This document shows, one piece after another, positions 28,601 through 38,297 of a DNA stretch of 64,000 nucleotides (the stretch's first letter is position 1; each line of letters starts with the position of its first letter). Source of the stretch: Desulfomicrobium sp. (GTDB lineage: Bacteria > Desulfobacterota > Desulfovibrionia > Desulfovibrionales > Desulfomicrobiaceae); NCBI GenBank assembly GCA_040768745.1, contig JAXGMI010000001.1:1568001-1632000 (forward strand), in the 5' to 3' direction. The notes beneath the pieces are model-generated. The model had not been told where the DNA came from. It saw only the letters and a program-made list of their open reading frames with translations, and searched no databases. A program made the translations under genes and the position numbers.

Positions 28601-28677
28601 TGGCCCGCCCTGCATGACTCGAACATGCGGCCAACGGATTCGAAGTCCGCTACTCTATCCAGCTGAGCTAAGGGCGG
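28601..28677 (-). tRNA. tRNA-Arg(TCG), island integration site
   Basis: CCGCCCTTAGCTCAGCTGGATAGAG…CTTCGAA…GGGCGGGCCA. Confidence 0.95.
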
Positions 28678-28688
28678 AGTTGAAATGG

Positions 28689-28784
28689 TTAATGGTGTTT
28701 CTCGGGACCGTGTTCCTTGTTCAGAAAGAAGATGATGATTCCGATGATGCCCAGGCCAAGCCCAAGAATGAGTCCAGAAAACAT
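28689..28784 (-). CDS. 31-aa small membrane protein MFSGLILGLGLGIIGIIIFFLNKEHGPEKHH
   Basis: AGGAGG RBS, single TM segment; below ORF-track size cutoff. Confidence 0.65.
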   Translation of the reverse strand: MFSGLILGLGLGIIGIIIFFLNKEHGPEKHH

Positions 28785-28973
28785 GCGGTTTCCTCCTATG
28801 CGTATAATCTAATCAGCCTATATATGCAGGATCTTTCTTGACTTCAAGTTCTTTCCTTCACAAGAAAGAAAACAATGCCGCGCAACGGGGTGGTCTTTTT
28901 TGATCGATGCGGATATACAATGATGTGGTAAGATAATCAGCCATGAACAAAAAGGGTAAGGAGAGGCGAACGT

Positions 28974-30281
28974 ATGAAGACGTACAGGGTAGCTCTGTGT
29001 GCCTTGCTTTTGATGACCTGGAGTGGGGCACTTTGGGCCAAAGAGACGATGTCCATGAAGGATGCCGTGGAGACTGGCCTCAAGCAAAATCCCACCATCC
29101 TGGCTGCCCGCGAGGCACTGTACGCTTCAGATTATGCCGTCAAGGCCTCCAAGGCGGCGTTTGGCCCGGCCATGAGCACCAGATACGGGTATACACGGCT
29201 GGACGAGCGTCCGCAGTCCTTTGGGCAGACCGCTGGCACATTGGACAATTGGCAACTTCAATTCAACATCTATCAGCCACTGTTCACTGGATTTCAACTT
29301 TTGACCACGTATGAAAAATCGATACTTTTGAAGGAGCAGGTCGCTTCCCAAATCAATAACGCAGAGCTGCAGTTGATTGTGGCTATTCAAAACGTTTTTC
29401 TGCAATTACTCCAGGCCAGGGAGAATGTACGTTCAGCAGAAGATTCTCTGGCGAGGCTTCGTTCCCAGCTGAAGGTCAATACCGCTTTTTACGAGGTTGG
29501 GTTGCGCCCTAAGCTGGATATGCTCCAGGCGGAAGTTGACGTGGCAACTGCCGAGCAGCTCCTGGTTGTCGCGAAGAACAATGTGGACACATTGGGAGCC
29601 CAGCTCAATACTTTGCTCGGCAAAGACGTCAATGCCGATACCGAATATATCGGATCGCTGGGATACTATCCTCTTCCATTGACGCTTGAAGAATGCCTGC
29701 AAAAGGCAGCCATGTACCGGCCAGATTTAATCATTGCCAGGCAGTCCGTCATGCTGGCCGAAAAGGATGTCGTTCTCGCCAAGGCCGGCTATTATCCCCA
29801 GGTTGCCGCAGAGTTCAATTATTTCCGCGATGGGGAAGATCCATCCATGAAAGGTGGGGAGTATCATACGCCCAGCGAGTGGAACGCCCAGGTTGGCATG
29901 AACTGGAAATTCTTCGAATGGGGAAAGACCTATTATGGTCAGAAGCAGGCGGAAAAAAATGTGATCCGGTTGGGACAAGAGTATCAGAATCTTGAGAATC
30001 AAGTCTCCTTCGAGGTCAAAAAGAACTTCCTGCAGATCAAAGAGGCTGCGGAACGCATTGTCGCTGCAAAACAGGGGCTGATCGCTGCCAAGGAGAGTTA
30101 TCGTATGGCCGTAGCCAGATACGAAGCCCAGGTGGGCACCAACACGGATGTGCTTGATGCTCAATCAGCGCAAACAGCCAGCGAGGCGAGTCTCAACGGA
30201 GCACTGTCGGCCTATGGACGGGCTATTGCCGATCTGTACGGCTCCATGGGGCAAAAAAATCCGGAACTTCTCCCGCAGTAA
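28974..30281 (+). CDS. TolC-family outer membrane efflux protein
   Basis: Signal peptide, QPLFTG, YYPQV, RYEAQVGTNTDVLDAQ. Confidence 0.92.
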   Translation: MKTYRVALCALLLMTWSGALWAKETMSMKDAVETGLKQNPTILAAREALYASDYAVKASKAAFGPAMSTRYGYTRLDERPQSFGQTAGTLDNWQLQFNIYQPLFTGFQLLTTYEKSILLKEQVASQINNAELQLIVAIQNVFLQLLQARENVRSAEDSLARLRSQLKVNTAFYEVGLRPKLDMLQAEVDVATAEQLLVVAKNNVDTLGAQLNTLLGKDVNADTEYIGSLGYYPLPLTLEECLQKAAMYRPDLIIARQSVMLAEKDVVLAKAGYYPQVAAEFNYFRDGEDPSMKGGEYHTPSEWNAQVGMNWKFFEWGKTYYGQKQAEKNVIRLGQEYQNLENQVSFEVKKNFLQIKEAAERIVAAKQGLIAAKESYRMAVARYEAQVGTNTDVLDAQSAQTASEASLNGALSAYGRAIADLYGSMGQKNPELLPQ

Positions 30282-30306
30282 CATCTCCGAAGAGGCCCGG
30301 GTTGTT

Positions 30307-32736
30307 TCAGGATCCGGGCTTTTTCTTTCGTCTGGGCAGAGTGCATTTTTTCTCTGCGAGAACGGCTAACTCCGTCAGTCGTTCGTCCACAGCCGCGTAG
30401 ATCGATTTTAGAGAAAAACGTCCGTTCTTGAGCCGGACTCCGGCCTTCATGCCGGTCAGGATTTCCATGGCCTCTTCAATGGTGTCGACGGGATAGATGT
30501 GGAACAGTCCATCCTTTACGGCCTGGAGCACATTATCGCGCAGCACGAGATGAACGATGTTGTCCTGAGGCAGCAGCACGCCCTGCTTGCCAGTCAGGCC
30601 GCGGCGGCGGCAGACTTCAAAGAACCCTTCCACCTTGTGGGTCACCCCGCCCACGGCCATGATAGCCCCGGATTGCGAAATGGCGCCAGTGAAGGCCAGA
30701 TCAAGTCGGATGGGTACTCCGGAGAGGGCGGAGAGAAGGGCTGCCAGTTCCGCTCCGGACGCCGAATCTCCGTCCACATGTGCATAGCTCTGCTCGAAGC
30801 AAAGGCTGCCGGTCAGGACTAGAGGCTTTGAGCGGGCAAAGAGGTTCATGAAATAGCTTTTGAGAATCATCATGCCTTTTGTATGGATTGGGCCCCCGAG
30901 TTCGGCTTCCCTCTCCAGGTCCATGATCCCCCCATGCCCAACGCCGATAGTACAGGATATCTGGTGCGGCAGGCCCATCACATATTCGCCGACCTGGGTG
31001 ACGGAGAGTCCGTTGGCTACGCCAATGCCCTGGCCTTGGGTCCTGACTTTGATTGATCGGCGGTCGTATTCGCGCAGGAATTCTTCCTGGTAAAGATTCG
31101 TGCGATACTCCCTCTCGGCAAGGGCCTGTTTTACGATGGACGCGTCGATGATGCGTTTCCCGCATGATTGAGCAACAGCATTGGTCTCTATCATGATTTC
31201 CCGCAGGTGGGAGAAATGCAGGGACAGTCGTTCCCTGTCTTCGGCCATGCGGGTAGAGTAGTCGACCAGTTCTGCCAGCCCGTCCTTGATGAATGTGCGC
31301 AGCCCGCTTTCGCGGGCGATGCGGGCTAAAACCTGCGCATAACAGGCAATGGTTTCGGCTGTACGGTCGATTGTATCTTGGATGTGAGCCTTGAGCTTGA
31401 ATATTTTGCGAAATCGTTCGTCATGCATGTAGAGGATTTCATAGGTTTCATCGTCGCCAATCAGGATAACCTTGAGAGAAAGTGGAATTGGATCAGGGCT
31501 GATCGTCCGGGTGCGCAGGATGTCATAGTGATCGGTGGGATCTTCCAGCCGGGACTCCCGGGTACGCAGGCAGCGGAGAAGTCCTTCCCAGGATGTTGGA
31601 TGGCTCAAGAGATCCTCAACACGCAAAATGAGGTACCCTCCATTGGCCCGGTGTATGGCCCCGGCTTTGAGCAGGGAGAAGTCGGTATAGTAGGTGCCCC
31701 ACTCTGTCTCGCGTTCCACACAACCCAGAAGGTTAAAGAATCCTGGGGTGATTTCCTTGATCACCGGCGCTCCGACAGTGTCGGAGTTGTCCACGAAAAG
31801 GTTCACATCATAGCGTTGAAAAAAAGAATCTGAATGAGGCTCGCTCTGCTGGTCAGGGCCTCCCCGCTGGTCGCGCTCGGGCCTCCCCTGATACTGGGCA
31901 AGGTTGTCCAGGATGTCTTCCTTGAAATCATCGAAGTAGGCCTTGAGGTCTCTATTGTATGCAAATTTTTTGCGGATAGGAGTCAGAACCCTGTCTACTA
32001 GGCTGGCTGCATGCTCCTGAGCCAAGAGAAGTTCCTTGGCATGAAAATCCTGCTCGTTCCTATTCACCATCCGGGAAAGGTCGGAGATAGTGTTAAGAAC
32101 AGAACTGCTCTGATCCTTGAGGACTTTTTTGAGCGAAGCATCCAGTTTGTCGAATTCTTCGGACGAGAGGACCTTGCCGTCCACAAGAGGGGTGAGAGAC
32201 ACGGCACCCGAGTCATCAAAATTGAGACTGAAGCCTTTCTTGTGGGCCGCTTCCTCCATTCTGCTTAGTAAATCATCCCGTACTCCAGCAAGTTTTGTAA
32301 AAAGTTTGTTTTGGAGTCGCAGATAGGTGGCCTGCTCGAAATGGCGAGGCAGATCGCGGCGCAGACGTTTGACGGCTCGGTGCAGGACATCCCGCAGACG
32401 TTTGCCTTGTCCCGGAGGCAACGTGACCTGAATCGGTTTGTCGGCGTTTTTGAAATTATTCAAGAAAACAATATCAGGAGGCGTGCTGCCCGTCCTTGCC
32501 CGTGGAAGGAGAAAATTTTCAACCAAATGTGTTCTGCCCAGTCCAGGTTCGCCAGCAACAAAGACATTAAATTCCATCCCAGGGATGGCGAGGCACATTT
32601 CCAGAGCCTTGCGCGCACGGCGCTGGAAAAGGCAGGCAGAATCTGTTGTTTCACGGATGTCGGCACCGCGCAGAACCTTGCGCGGGTCGGGTTCGTTTCT
32701 GAGGCTGCGGACCTTGAGAGAGGAGTGGTTTTTCAT
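30307..32736 (-). CDS. Lon-like (LonB/LonC-type, S16) protease
   Basis: GEPGLGRT, AGAIHRANGGYL, EQSYAHVDGDSAS, K dyad in THKVEGF. Confidence 0.9.
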   Translation of the reverse strand: MKNHSSLKVRSLRNEPDPRKVLRGADIRETTDSACLFQRRARKALEMCLAIPGMEFNVFVAGEPGLGRTHLVENFLLPRARTGSTPPDIVFLNNFKNADKPIQVTLPPGQGKRLRDVLHRAVKRLRRDLPRHFEQATYLRLQNKLFTKLAGVRDDLLSRMEEAAHKKGFSLNFDDSGAVSLTPLVDGKVLSSEEFDKLDASLKKVLKDQSSSVLNTISDLSRMVNRNEQDFHAKELLLAQEHAASLVDRVLTPIRKKFAYNRDLKAYFDDFKEDILDNLAQYQGRPERDQRGGPDQQSEPHSDSFFQRYDVNLFVDNSDTVGAPVIKEITPGFFNLLGCVERETEWGTYYTDFSLLKAGAIHRANGGYLILRVEDLLSHPTSWEGLLRCLRTRESRLEDPTDHYDILRTRTISPDPIPLSLKVILIGDDETYEILYMHDERFRKIFKLKAHIQDTIDRTAETIACYAQVLARIARESGLRTFIKDGLAELVDYSTRMAEDRERLSLHFSHLREIMIETNAVAQSCGKRIIDASIVKQALAEREYRTNLYQEEFLREYDRRSIKVRTQGQGIGVANGLSVTQVGEYVMGLPHQISCTIGVGHGGIMDLEREAELGGPIHTKGMMILKSYFMNLFARSKPLVLTGSLCFEQSYAHVDGDSASGAELAALLSALSGVPIRLDLAFTGAISQSGAIMAVGGVTHKVEGFFEVCRRRGLTGKQGVLLPQDNIVHLVLRDNVLQAVKDGLFHIYPVDTIEEAMEILTGMKAGVRLKNGRFSLKSIYAAVDERLTELAVLAEKKCTLPRRKKKPGS

Positions 32737-32927
32737 GTGTGCTTTATGAAAAGGCAGATAGAGGGTTTAAGTGCTGGTTTCGGTAAGCGCATAGTTGGAT
32801 TATGCTGGCCTTGCAAGTTGAGTGGTTATTATTAATATTTTTTTATTTCAAGCGGATGACTATTGATGATACTGGAGAGAGCCGGTGCTGTATCGGTCTA
32901 CGGTTTTTTGGACACGTTTTTGGTTAA

Positions 32928-33816
32928 TCAAGCCGCAACGTTCACGGCCTCTTTCTGGATGGCCCGCACCGCTGCCGGAGTCTTGTAGCCGTGGCGTCCA
33001 ATGATCCATTCCCGGTTGTACGTCTCCTTGAACTCCAAGAGGGCAAGTCGGAGTTCCTCGACCGTATCGAACCGCCGGACCCAGAGCAGGTTTTCCTTGA
33101 GCGTGCGCACGAACCTCTCGGCGATGCCGTTGCCTTGGGGTTCTCTGACGAAAGCAGGCGAACTCCGGATGCCCAGGAAGGAAACCTCCTCTTGAAACAC
33201 ACTGGAAACGTACTGGCTACCATTGTCATGTCGCAGGGTCAGGCCCTCTGCCACGGCGGGTCCAAAGGCTCCAAAGCTGTGGCGCACACCTTGGCGAATC
33301 GGCTCCAGGGCTTCAAAGCGCGTCCCGTACTTAGCGGCGTGGATGCCGACACACTCCAGAGAGCAGTGGTCCACGGCCAGGAAGATCGAAGCGTTGCCTT
33401 CCTGCATGGTCATCGTCGTGGTCATGTCCGTGCCCCACATCTCGTCCACCCGGGCAGTCTTGATCGTCCCGTCATGCGCCTTGGGGCCATGCGGCCTGCC
33501 GGGCTTGCGCACTGCGAGCAGGTTGTTCTCTCTCATGATCCGAAGCGTTCGCAGGGGGACGTTCTGATGCCCTCAAAACGCAACCTGGCCCACACTTTCC
33601 GATAGCCTTCACCAGTAAAAGGGAGTTCTGGATGCATGCCACGATGTGCCCGAACAACTCCCCATCACTGTGGAAGCCAATAGGGCCTCGGCGGCTTGGT
33701 GTGCCCTCATTCGCAACCTTGCGTGCATAATGCGTGGACCTGGGGAGATTCCAGACCCGGCAAACCAGCACCAGCCCATACGTCTGACCAGTGGAGGGCG
33801 AGGTGGACCGGCTCAT
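32928..33816 (-). CDS. IS3 transposase OrfB (frameshifted near 33620 and 33555)
   Basis: GEGYRKVW, WGTD, RHDNGSQY, GIAERF. Confidence 0.85.
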
Positions 33817-34200
33817 TTCCTCGACCTCCGCAACCCCAAAGGGTCTTTTGCCTCCATCATTCGGATCTTCTCGCGGAGCAGTTCTATCTCCATGGTCTGC
33901 TCGCCGATTTTCTCATTGAGGCGCTTGTATTCGGCCTCCTCCGCCGGAGAGCGTTTTTTGAGACTATCCGCGCCACCGGCCAGAAAGGCATCTCTCCATT
34001 GTGAGAGCGTGGCAGCCGTCACGCCGAGTTCCCGACTGAGCGTTTCGATGTCTTCACCACGCAGAAGCCGGAGGACGGCCTCGGTCTTGTGCTGTGCCCA
34101 GAATCGCTTGGGAGTTGCTCGTCTCCCCGGTTCCAGTCGGCCTACGGCCTCCCTCCACCGGGGAGACGGCTGAAATATCCTTGTCGCTTTGTTTGCTCAT
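33813..34200 (-). CDS. IS3 transposase OrfA (frameshift near 34110)
   Basis: HKTEAVLRLLRGE…SRELGV…W HTH plus coiled coil. Confidence 0.75.
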
Positions 34201-34289
34201 GAATCACCTCATGGGGAGTCTCTCTACTCCCAATTTGGTGTCCAAGAAAACCCTATCCCAGAGGAGTGCATCATATTTTGCATAAAAGT

Positions 34290-34318
34290 TTGATTGACGC
34301 CCCGCAGACCATTATGGT
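34290..34318 (+). promoter_or_regulatory. Putative sigma70 promoter of atp F0 operon
   Basis: TTGATT-N17-TATGGT. Confidence 0.55.
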
Positions 34319-34333
34319 AGCCCCAAATTCGAT

Positions 34334-34351
34334 TTGTGATTTATTGCACGA
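34334..34351 (+). promoter_or_regulatory. Putative Rex operator
   Basis: TTGTGATTTATTGCACGA resembles the TTGTGAA-N4-TTCACAA Rex palindrome. Confidence 0.7.
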
Positions 34352-34386
34352 ACACATGGGCATCACGGGATCCATTTTCAGGAAGC

Positions 34387-34650
34387 ATGTTCTTTAACAA
34401 GAAGAAAAATAAACATTTTGAGTCACTTGGTCTTGCCTCTATCATGGGGATCCATCTGGTTTCCGGAGTAGTGGTGGGCATGGCCATGGGATATTACCTC
34501 GACAAGTTTCTGGGGACAAAGCCCTGGATGACCATTCTCTTTCTGGTGTTTGGTATCATTGCTGGCTATAAAAACATGTTTCGAGAAATGCAGCGGATTC
34601 AGAAAAAAGAAGCAGAGGCAGATGCTGAAGAAAAATCTAAAAAAGATTGA
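34387..34650 (+). CDS. AtpZ/AtpI-family protein
   Basis: GYYLDKFLGTKPW motif, first gene of atp F0 operon. Confidence 0.88.
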   Translation: MFFNKKKNKHFESLGLASIMGIHLVSGVVVGMAMGYYLDKFLGTKPWMTILFLVFGIIAGYKNMFREMQRIQKKEAEADAEEKSKKD

Positions 34651-35038
34651 AGGGTGGCTCTACGCGAGGGGTTTTCATGTCCCTGAGGTGCGGGCCATGG
34701 CTCTCAATCAGATTTGCATGATGCTCGGTTCCCTGCCACTGTTGGCCCTTGGCCGCGATGGTTTCGATTTTGCGGCGGGTGTTTTTTTGGGCACGCTGAA
34801 TTTTTTGGCATTGGCCAGGGTCATTCAGGAGCTTGTCTACGTGCACAGGGGAGCAGTGGCCCTGCAGGTAGTCAGTTTTTATGTGCGGCTGATTCTGACC
34901 GCAGTGGCTTTCTACGCACTGATTGTTCTCAAGGGTGCAGCCGTGGGCTGGCTTCTGGCAGGGGTATCAACAGTGCTGATCAATATTTTGCTTTGGGGAG
35001 TGTCGCAATTTTCGGGGAAAACTTCTAAGGAGGCGTAG
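34622..35038 (+). CDS. atpI: ATP synthase protein I (4-TM)
   Basis: Hydrophobic, LNF and RL motifs, between atpZ-like gene and atpB. Confidence 0.75.
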   Translation: MLKKNLKKIEGWLYARGFHVPEVRAMALNQICMMLGSLPLLALGRDGFDFAAGVFLGTLNFLALARVIQELVYVHRGAVALQVVSFYVRLILTAVAFYALIVLKGAAVGWLLAGVSTVLINILLWGVSQFSGKTSKEA

Positions 35039-35040
35039 AA

Positions 35041-35745
35041 ATGGCAGGAGGGTTACATCCGATTTTTCTCGTTGAGGAGGCAGTAAAGGCCATTGGCCTT
35101 GTCGACGCACACGGCCATAGCTTGATCCCAGTAAATGTCCTGTATTCATGGACAATCATGGCCATTCTGATTGTTCTGGCACTGATGGCGACGAAGAAAA
35201 TCTCGCTCGTGCCGAAGGGGCTACAAAATTTCTTCGAGTTCTTGATAGGCTCCTTGGAGGATTTTGTCGTCGCCAATATGGGTGAGGATGGGAGAAAGGT
35301 CTTTCCGGTGCTCGCCACCCTTTTCATCTACATTCTGTGTTGCAATGTGGGAGGCATGTTTCCGGGGGGCGACGCACCGACGGCAAACATCAATACGACC
35401 GCGTCCATGGCCGTGTTTGTCTTCGTGTATTACCAGTATTGGGGCTTCAAATTGCATGGAGCTCATTACATCCATCATTTTACCGGTCCCATGTTGTGGA
35501 TGGCGCCTCTCATGTTCCCAATAGAGGTCATTGGTCACTTTGCCCGCATGTTGTCTCTGTCCCTTCGTCTTTTCGGCAACATCCGGGGTGAGGACATCGT
35601 TTTGGCCTTGCTCTTCATGCTCGCGCCAATTGTCTCCACGATCCCAATGTACTTTTTGTTCCTTTTGGCTGATGTCATTCAGGCCTTCGTGTTCTTTATG
35701 CTTTCTATGCTTTATTTGAAGGGTGCCTTTGAAGAGGCACACTAA
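35041..35745 (+). CDS. atpB: ATP synthase F0 subunit a
   Basis: PTANIN, SLSLRLFGN, QAFVF. Confidence 0.96.
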   Translation: MAGGLHPIFLVEEAVKAIGLVDAHGHSLIPVNVLYSWTIMAILIVLALMATKKISLVPKGLQNFFEFLIGSLEDFVVANMGEDGRKVFPVLATLFIYILCCNVGGMFPGGDAPTANINTTASMAVFVFVYYQYWGFKLHGAHYIHHFTGPMLWMAPLMFPIEVIGHFARMLSLSLRLFGNIRGEDIVLALLFMLAPIVSTIPMYFLFLLADVIQAFVFFMLSMLYLKGAFEEAH

Positions 35746-35804
35746 TTCGGGGGAAATGGTCAACCGACCAATAATCATTATTTGTTTCAGGAGGATTTTC
35801 TATC

Positions 35805-36128
35805 ATGCGTAAAGGTTTCCTTTCTGTCCTGGCCACTGTCGCCCTGGTTGCTGTTGCTTCTTGTGCCTTCGCTGCTGATGCTGCGCCAGAAGTCATCTCC
35901 ACCATCTCCTGGGCTGCTGCTCTGGGTATGGCCATCGCCGCGGCTGGCTGTGGTATCGCTCAGGGTCTTGGCCTCAAGGCCGCTTGTGAAGGCACTGCCC
36001 GTAACCCTGAAGCATCCGGTAAGATCACAGTTACCATGCTGATCGGCTTGGCCATGATCGAATCTCTGGCCATCTATGCCCTGGTTGTGAACCTTATTCT
36101 GCTGTTCGCCAACCCGTTTGTCGGCTAG
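35805..36128 (+). CDS. atpE: ATP synthase F0 subunit c with signal-like N-terminal extension
   Basis: ARNPE loop, IESLAIY. Confidence 0.96.
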   Translation: MRKGFLSVLATVALVAVASCAFAADAAPEVISTISWAAALGMAIAAAGCGIAQGLGLKAACEGTARNPEASGKITVTMLIGLAMIESLAIYALVVNLILLFANPFVG

Positions 36129-36142
36129 TGCACTGACCTGCA

Positions 36143-36176
36143 AAGGGGGGGGGCCAATGGCCTCCCCCCTTTTTTT
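36143..36176 (+). terminator. Intrinsic terminator after atpE
   Basis: G-rich/C-rich stem with GCC-AAT-GGC top, followed by a T-run. Confidence 0.75.
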
Positions 36177-36183
36177 GCCTACT

Positions 36184-36201
36184 GCGTGAAATAGATCACG
36201 A
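36184..36201 (+). promoter_or_regulatory. Putative Rex operator (autoregulation)
   Basis: GCGTGAAATAGATCACGA upstream of rex. Confidence 0.7.
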
Positions 36202-36218
36202 AGATACTCGGGGCCGAT

Positions 36219-36863
36219 TTGAAAAGTTCACATATACCTCGCGCAACAATCCAACGGCTGGCAGTCTACGTCCAGGTACTGGAAACACTTCTTCAGGATG
36301 GGGACGCGGTCATCTCGTCGGATGGTCTGGCCAAGGCCTGCGGAGTTAATCCCTCGCAGATTCGCAAAGATCTCGCTTATTTTGGAGAGTTTGGCGTGCG
36401 TGGCGTGGGATACTATGTGCAGGATCTGCTGACAGCTATCAAACAGTCTCTTGGGATCGATCGAACCTGGAACGTTGCCCTCGTGGGTGTGGGCAATCTT
36501 GGCAGGGCCTTGCTCCGGCACGGAGTTTTTCGGCGCCGGGGATTTATTCTGGTAGGCGCTTTTGATTGTGATCCCTTCAAAATCGGAGAGGAAGTCGCTG
36601 GTCTTGAAGTTGTCTGTTCGCGCAGACTGAAAGAGAAAGTTCAGGAGCTTGACATTGAGATTGGCATAATCACCACTCCTCCAGAACGCGCCCAGCGGGC
36701 CGCAAATTATCTTGTTGAGGCAGGAGTGCTTGGCATTGTCAATTTCGCACCAGCCCGCATCTCTGTACCTGAAAATGTCGCCGTCGAGTACGTTGACTTC
36801 ATGCACCATTTATTTTCCGTCGCATTTAATATTTCAATCAATCAGGCCAAAGCCCTCCCCTAG
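36219..36863 (+). CDS. rex: Redox-sensing transcriptional repressor Rex
   Basis: [31 protein letters not shown] start. Confidence 0.96.
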   Translation: MKSSHIPRATIQRLAVYVQVLETLLQDGDAVISSDGLAKACGVNPSQIRKDLAYFGEFGVRGVGYYVQDLLTAIKQSLGIDRTWNVALVGVGNLGRALLRHGVFRRRGFILVGAFDCDPFKIGEEVAGLEVVCSRRLKEKVQELDIEIGIITTPPERAQRAANYLVEAGVLGIVNFAPARISVPENVAVEYVDFMHHLFSVAFNISINQAKALP

Positions 36864-36967
36864 GAATTCTCTTTTCAACACCGTTTTTCGTTACCACCAC
36901 ATTTGTGCTTGCCAATACCTCGGGTCTGGTTTACCAAACCTCTCTCTTTTCAAACTGGAGGTTTCTC

Positions 36968-37177
36968 ATGAAAAAAGATCTACATCCTAAGGTGTTTGAG
37001 ACCAAGGTTCGTTGTGCCTGCGGATATGAGTTTGTGACCAAGTCCACCGTGGGAGCGGAGTTGGGGGTTGAAATTTGTTCCAATTGCCATCCCTTCTTCA
37101 CAGGAGAGCAGCGGTTTGTGGACTCAGCTGGAAGGATTGACAGATTCAGAAAGAAGTACGCGAGCATCAAGAAATAA
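36968..37177 (+). CDS. rpmE: 50S ribosomal protein L31 (Zn-binding form)
   Basis: MKKDLHP, CACG, CSNCHPF. Confidence 0.96.
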   Translation: MKKDLHPKVFETKVRCACGYEFVTKSTVGAELGVEICSNCHPFFTGEQRFVDSAGRIDRFRKKYASIKK

Positions 37178-37211
37178 TATGATGGATCTTGCCAGATGAT
37201 TTGCGGCTAAT

Positions 37212-38273
37212 ATGGTTGAAAAGTTAGAGAGCATTGCGGCTAAATTCCGCGAACTTGAGCGGGAGCTGAGCTCGCCTGACATATTTCAGGATCAGGAGCG
37301 CTACAGAAAGATTGCCAAGCGCCATGCGGAACTCGCTGAAGTAGTCAAGGAATTCGAACAATATAAAACGCTTCTGCGAGAGATCGAAGAAAATCAAGAC
37401 CTGGCCAAAGATCCAGATCCTGAAATATGCGAGTTGGCGCAGGCGGAGCTTTCAATCCTCAAGGAACGGATTCGCCATCAGGAGGACGTGCTCAAATCTC
37501 TTTTGACGCCGAAGGATCCCCTTGATGAAAAGAATATCATCCTTGAGATCCGTGCGGGCACAGGAGGGGAAGAGGCGGCTCTTTTCGTTGCTGATATCTT
37601 CCGCATGTACTGTCGCTATGCTGAACTCCAGGGGTGGCGGGTTGAGGCGTTGAGTAGCAGTGATACCGGGACAGGAGGGTTCAAGGAAATAATTGCTTCT
37701 GTGTCCGGGACCAATGTCTACAGCAAGCTCAAGTTTGAATCAGGGGCCCACCGGGTGCAGCGTGTCCCTGCAACAGAGAGCCAAGGCAGAATACATACCT
37801 CTGCCATCACTGTCGCGATTCTGCCAGAGGCTGAAGAGGTTGATGTCAAAATTGAGCCAACAGATGTTCGCGTTGATGTCTTCCGCTCTTCTGGACCAGG
37901 GGGACAGTCAGTCAACACGACGGATTCGGCAATCCGCATCACACATTTGGCCACAGGCATTGTCGTGACCTGCCAGGACGAAAAGTCTCAGCACAAGAAC
38001 AAGGCAAAAGCCCTCAAAGTACTGCGTTCCAGGCTTTTGCAGGCAGCCCAGGACGAAACAAAGAAGGCCTACGATGAAAACCGGAGGTCTCAGGTCGGCT
38101 CTGGGGACCGATCAGAGAGAATTCGGACCTACAATTATCCTCAGGGCCGCGTCACGGATCATCGCATCAATCTTACGCTCTATAATCTGGATCAAGCCAT
38201 GGATGGCCACATCGACGAAATTATTGACGGCTTAGTGCAGCACTACCAAGCCGAAGCAATGAAAGGAAGCTGA
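37212..38273 (+). CDS. prfA: Peptide chain release factor 1
   Basis: PAT specificity motif, GGQ. Confidence 0.97.
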   Translation: MVEKLESIAAKFRELERELSSPDIFQDQERYRKIAKRHAELAEVVKEFEQYKTLLREIEENQDLAKDPDPEICELAQAELSILKERIRHQEDVLKSLLTPKDPLDEKNIILEIRAGTGGEEAALFVADIFRMYCRYAELQGWRVEALSSSDTGTGGFKEIIASVSGTNVYSKLKFESGAHRVQRVPATESQGRIHTSAITVAILPEAEEVDVKIEPTDVRVDVFRSSGPGGQSVNTTDSAIRITHLATGIVVTCQDEKSQHKNKAKALKVLRSRLLQAAQDETKKAYDENRRSQVGSGDRSERIRTYNYPQGRVTDHRINLTLYNLDQAMDGHIDEIIDGLVQHYQAEAMKGS

Positions 38274-38297
38274 GTTCAACTCAGCTTTTTTATTTCC

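Larger units (their letters stand above)
19402..28647. mobile_element. Integrated phage-satellite-like (PICI/PICMI-like) island in tRNA-Arg(TCG), about 9.2 kb
   Basis: att direct repeats, tyrosine integrase, AlpA/Xis-like gene, prim-pol, DUF927 helicase, terS remnant, no capsid genes. Confidence 0.9.
32889..34265 (-). mobile_element. IS3-family insertion sequence
   Basis: orfA/orfB DDE transposase; imperfect IRs with core GTGTCCAA(G)AAAACC; GTGC repeated on both flanks (32885-32888, 34266-34269). Confidence 0.85.

Noticed and set aside
33472..33816. Programmed frameshifts inside IS3 orfB
   Set aside because: The shifts lie within orfB rather than at the orfA/orfB junction and lack a clear slippery site; decay or error is more likely.
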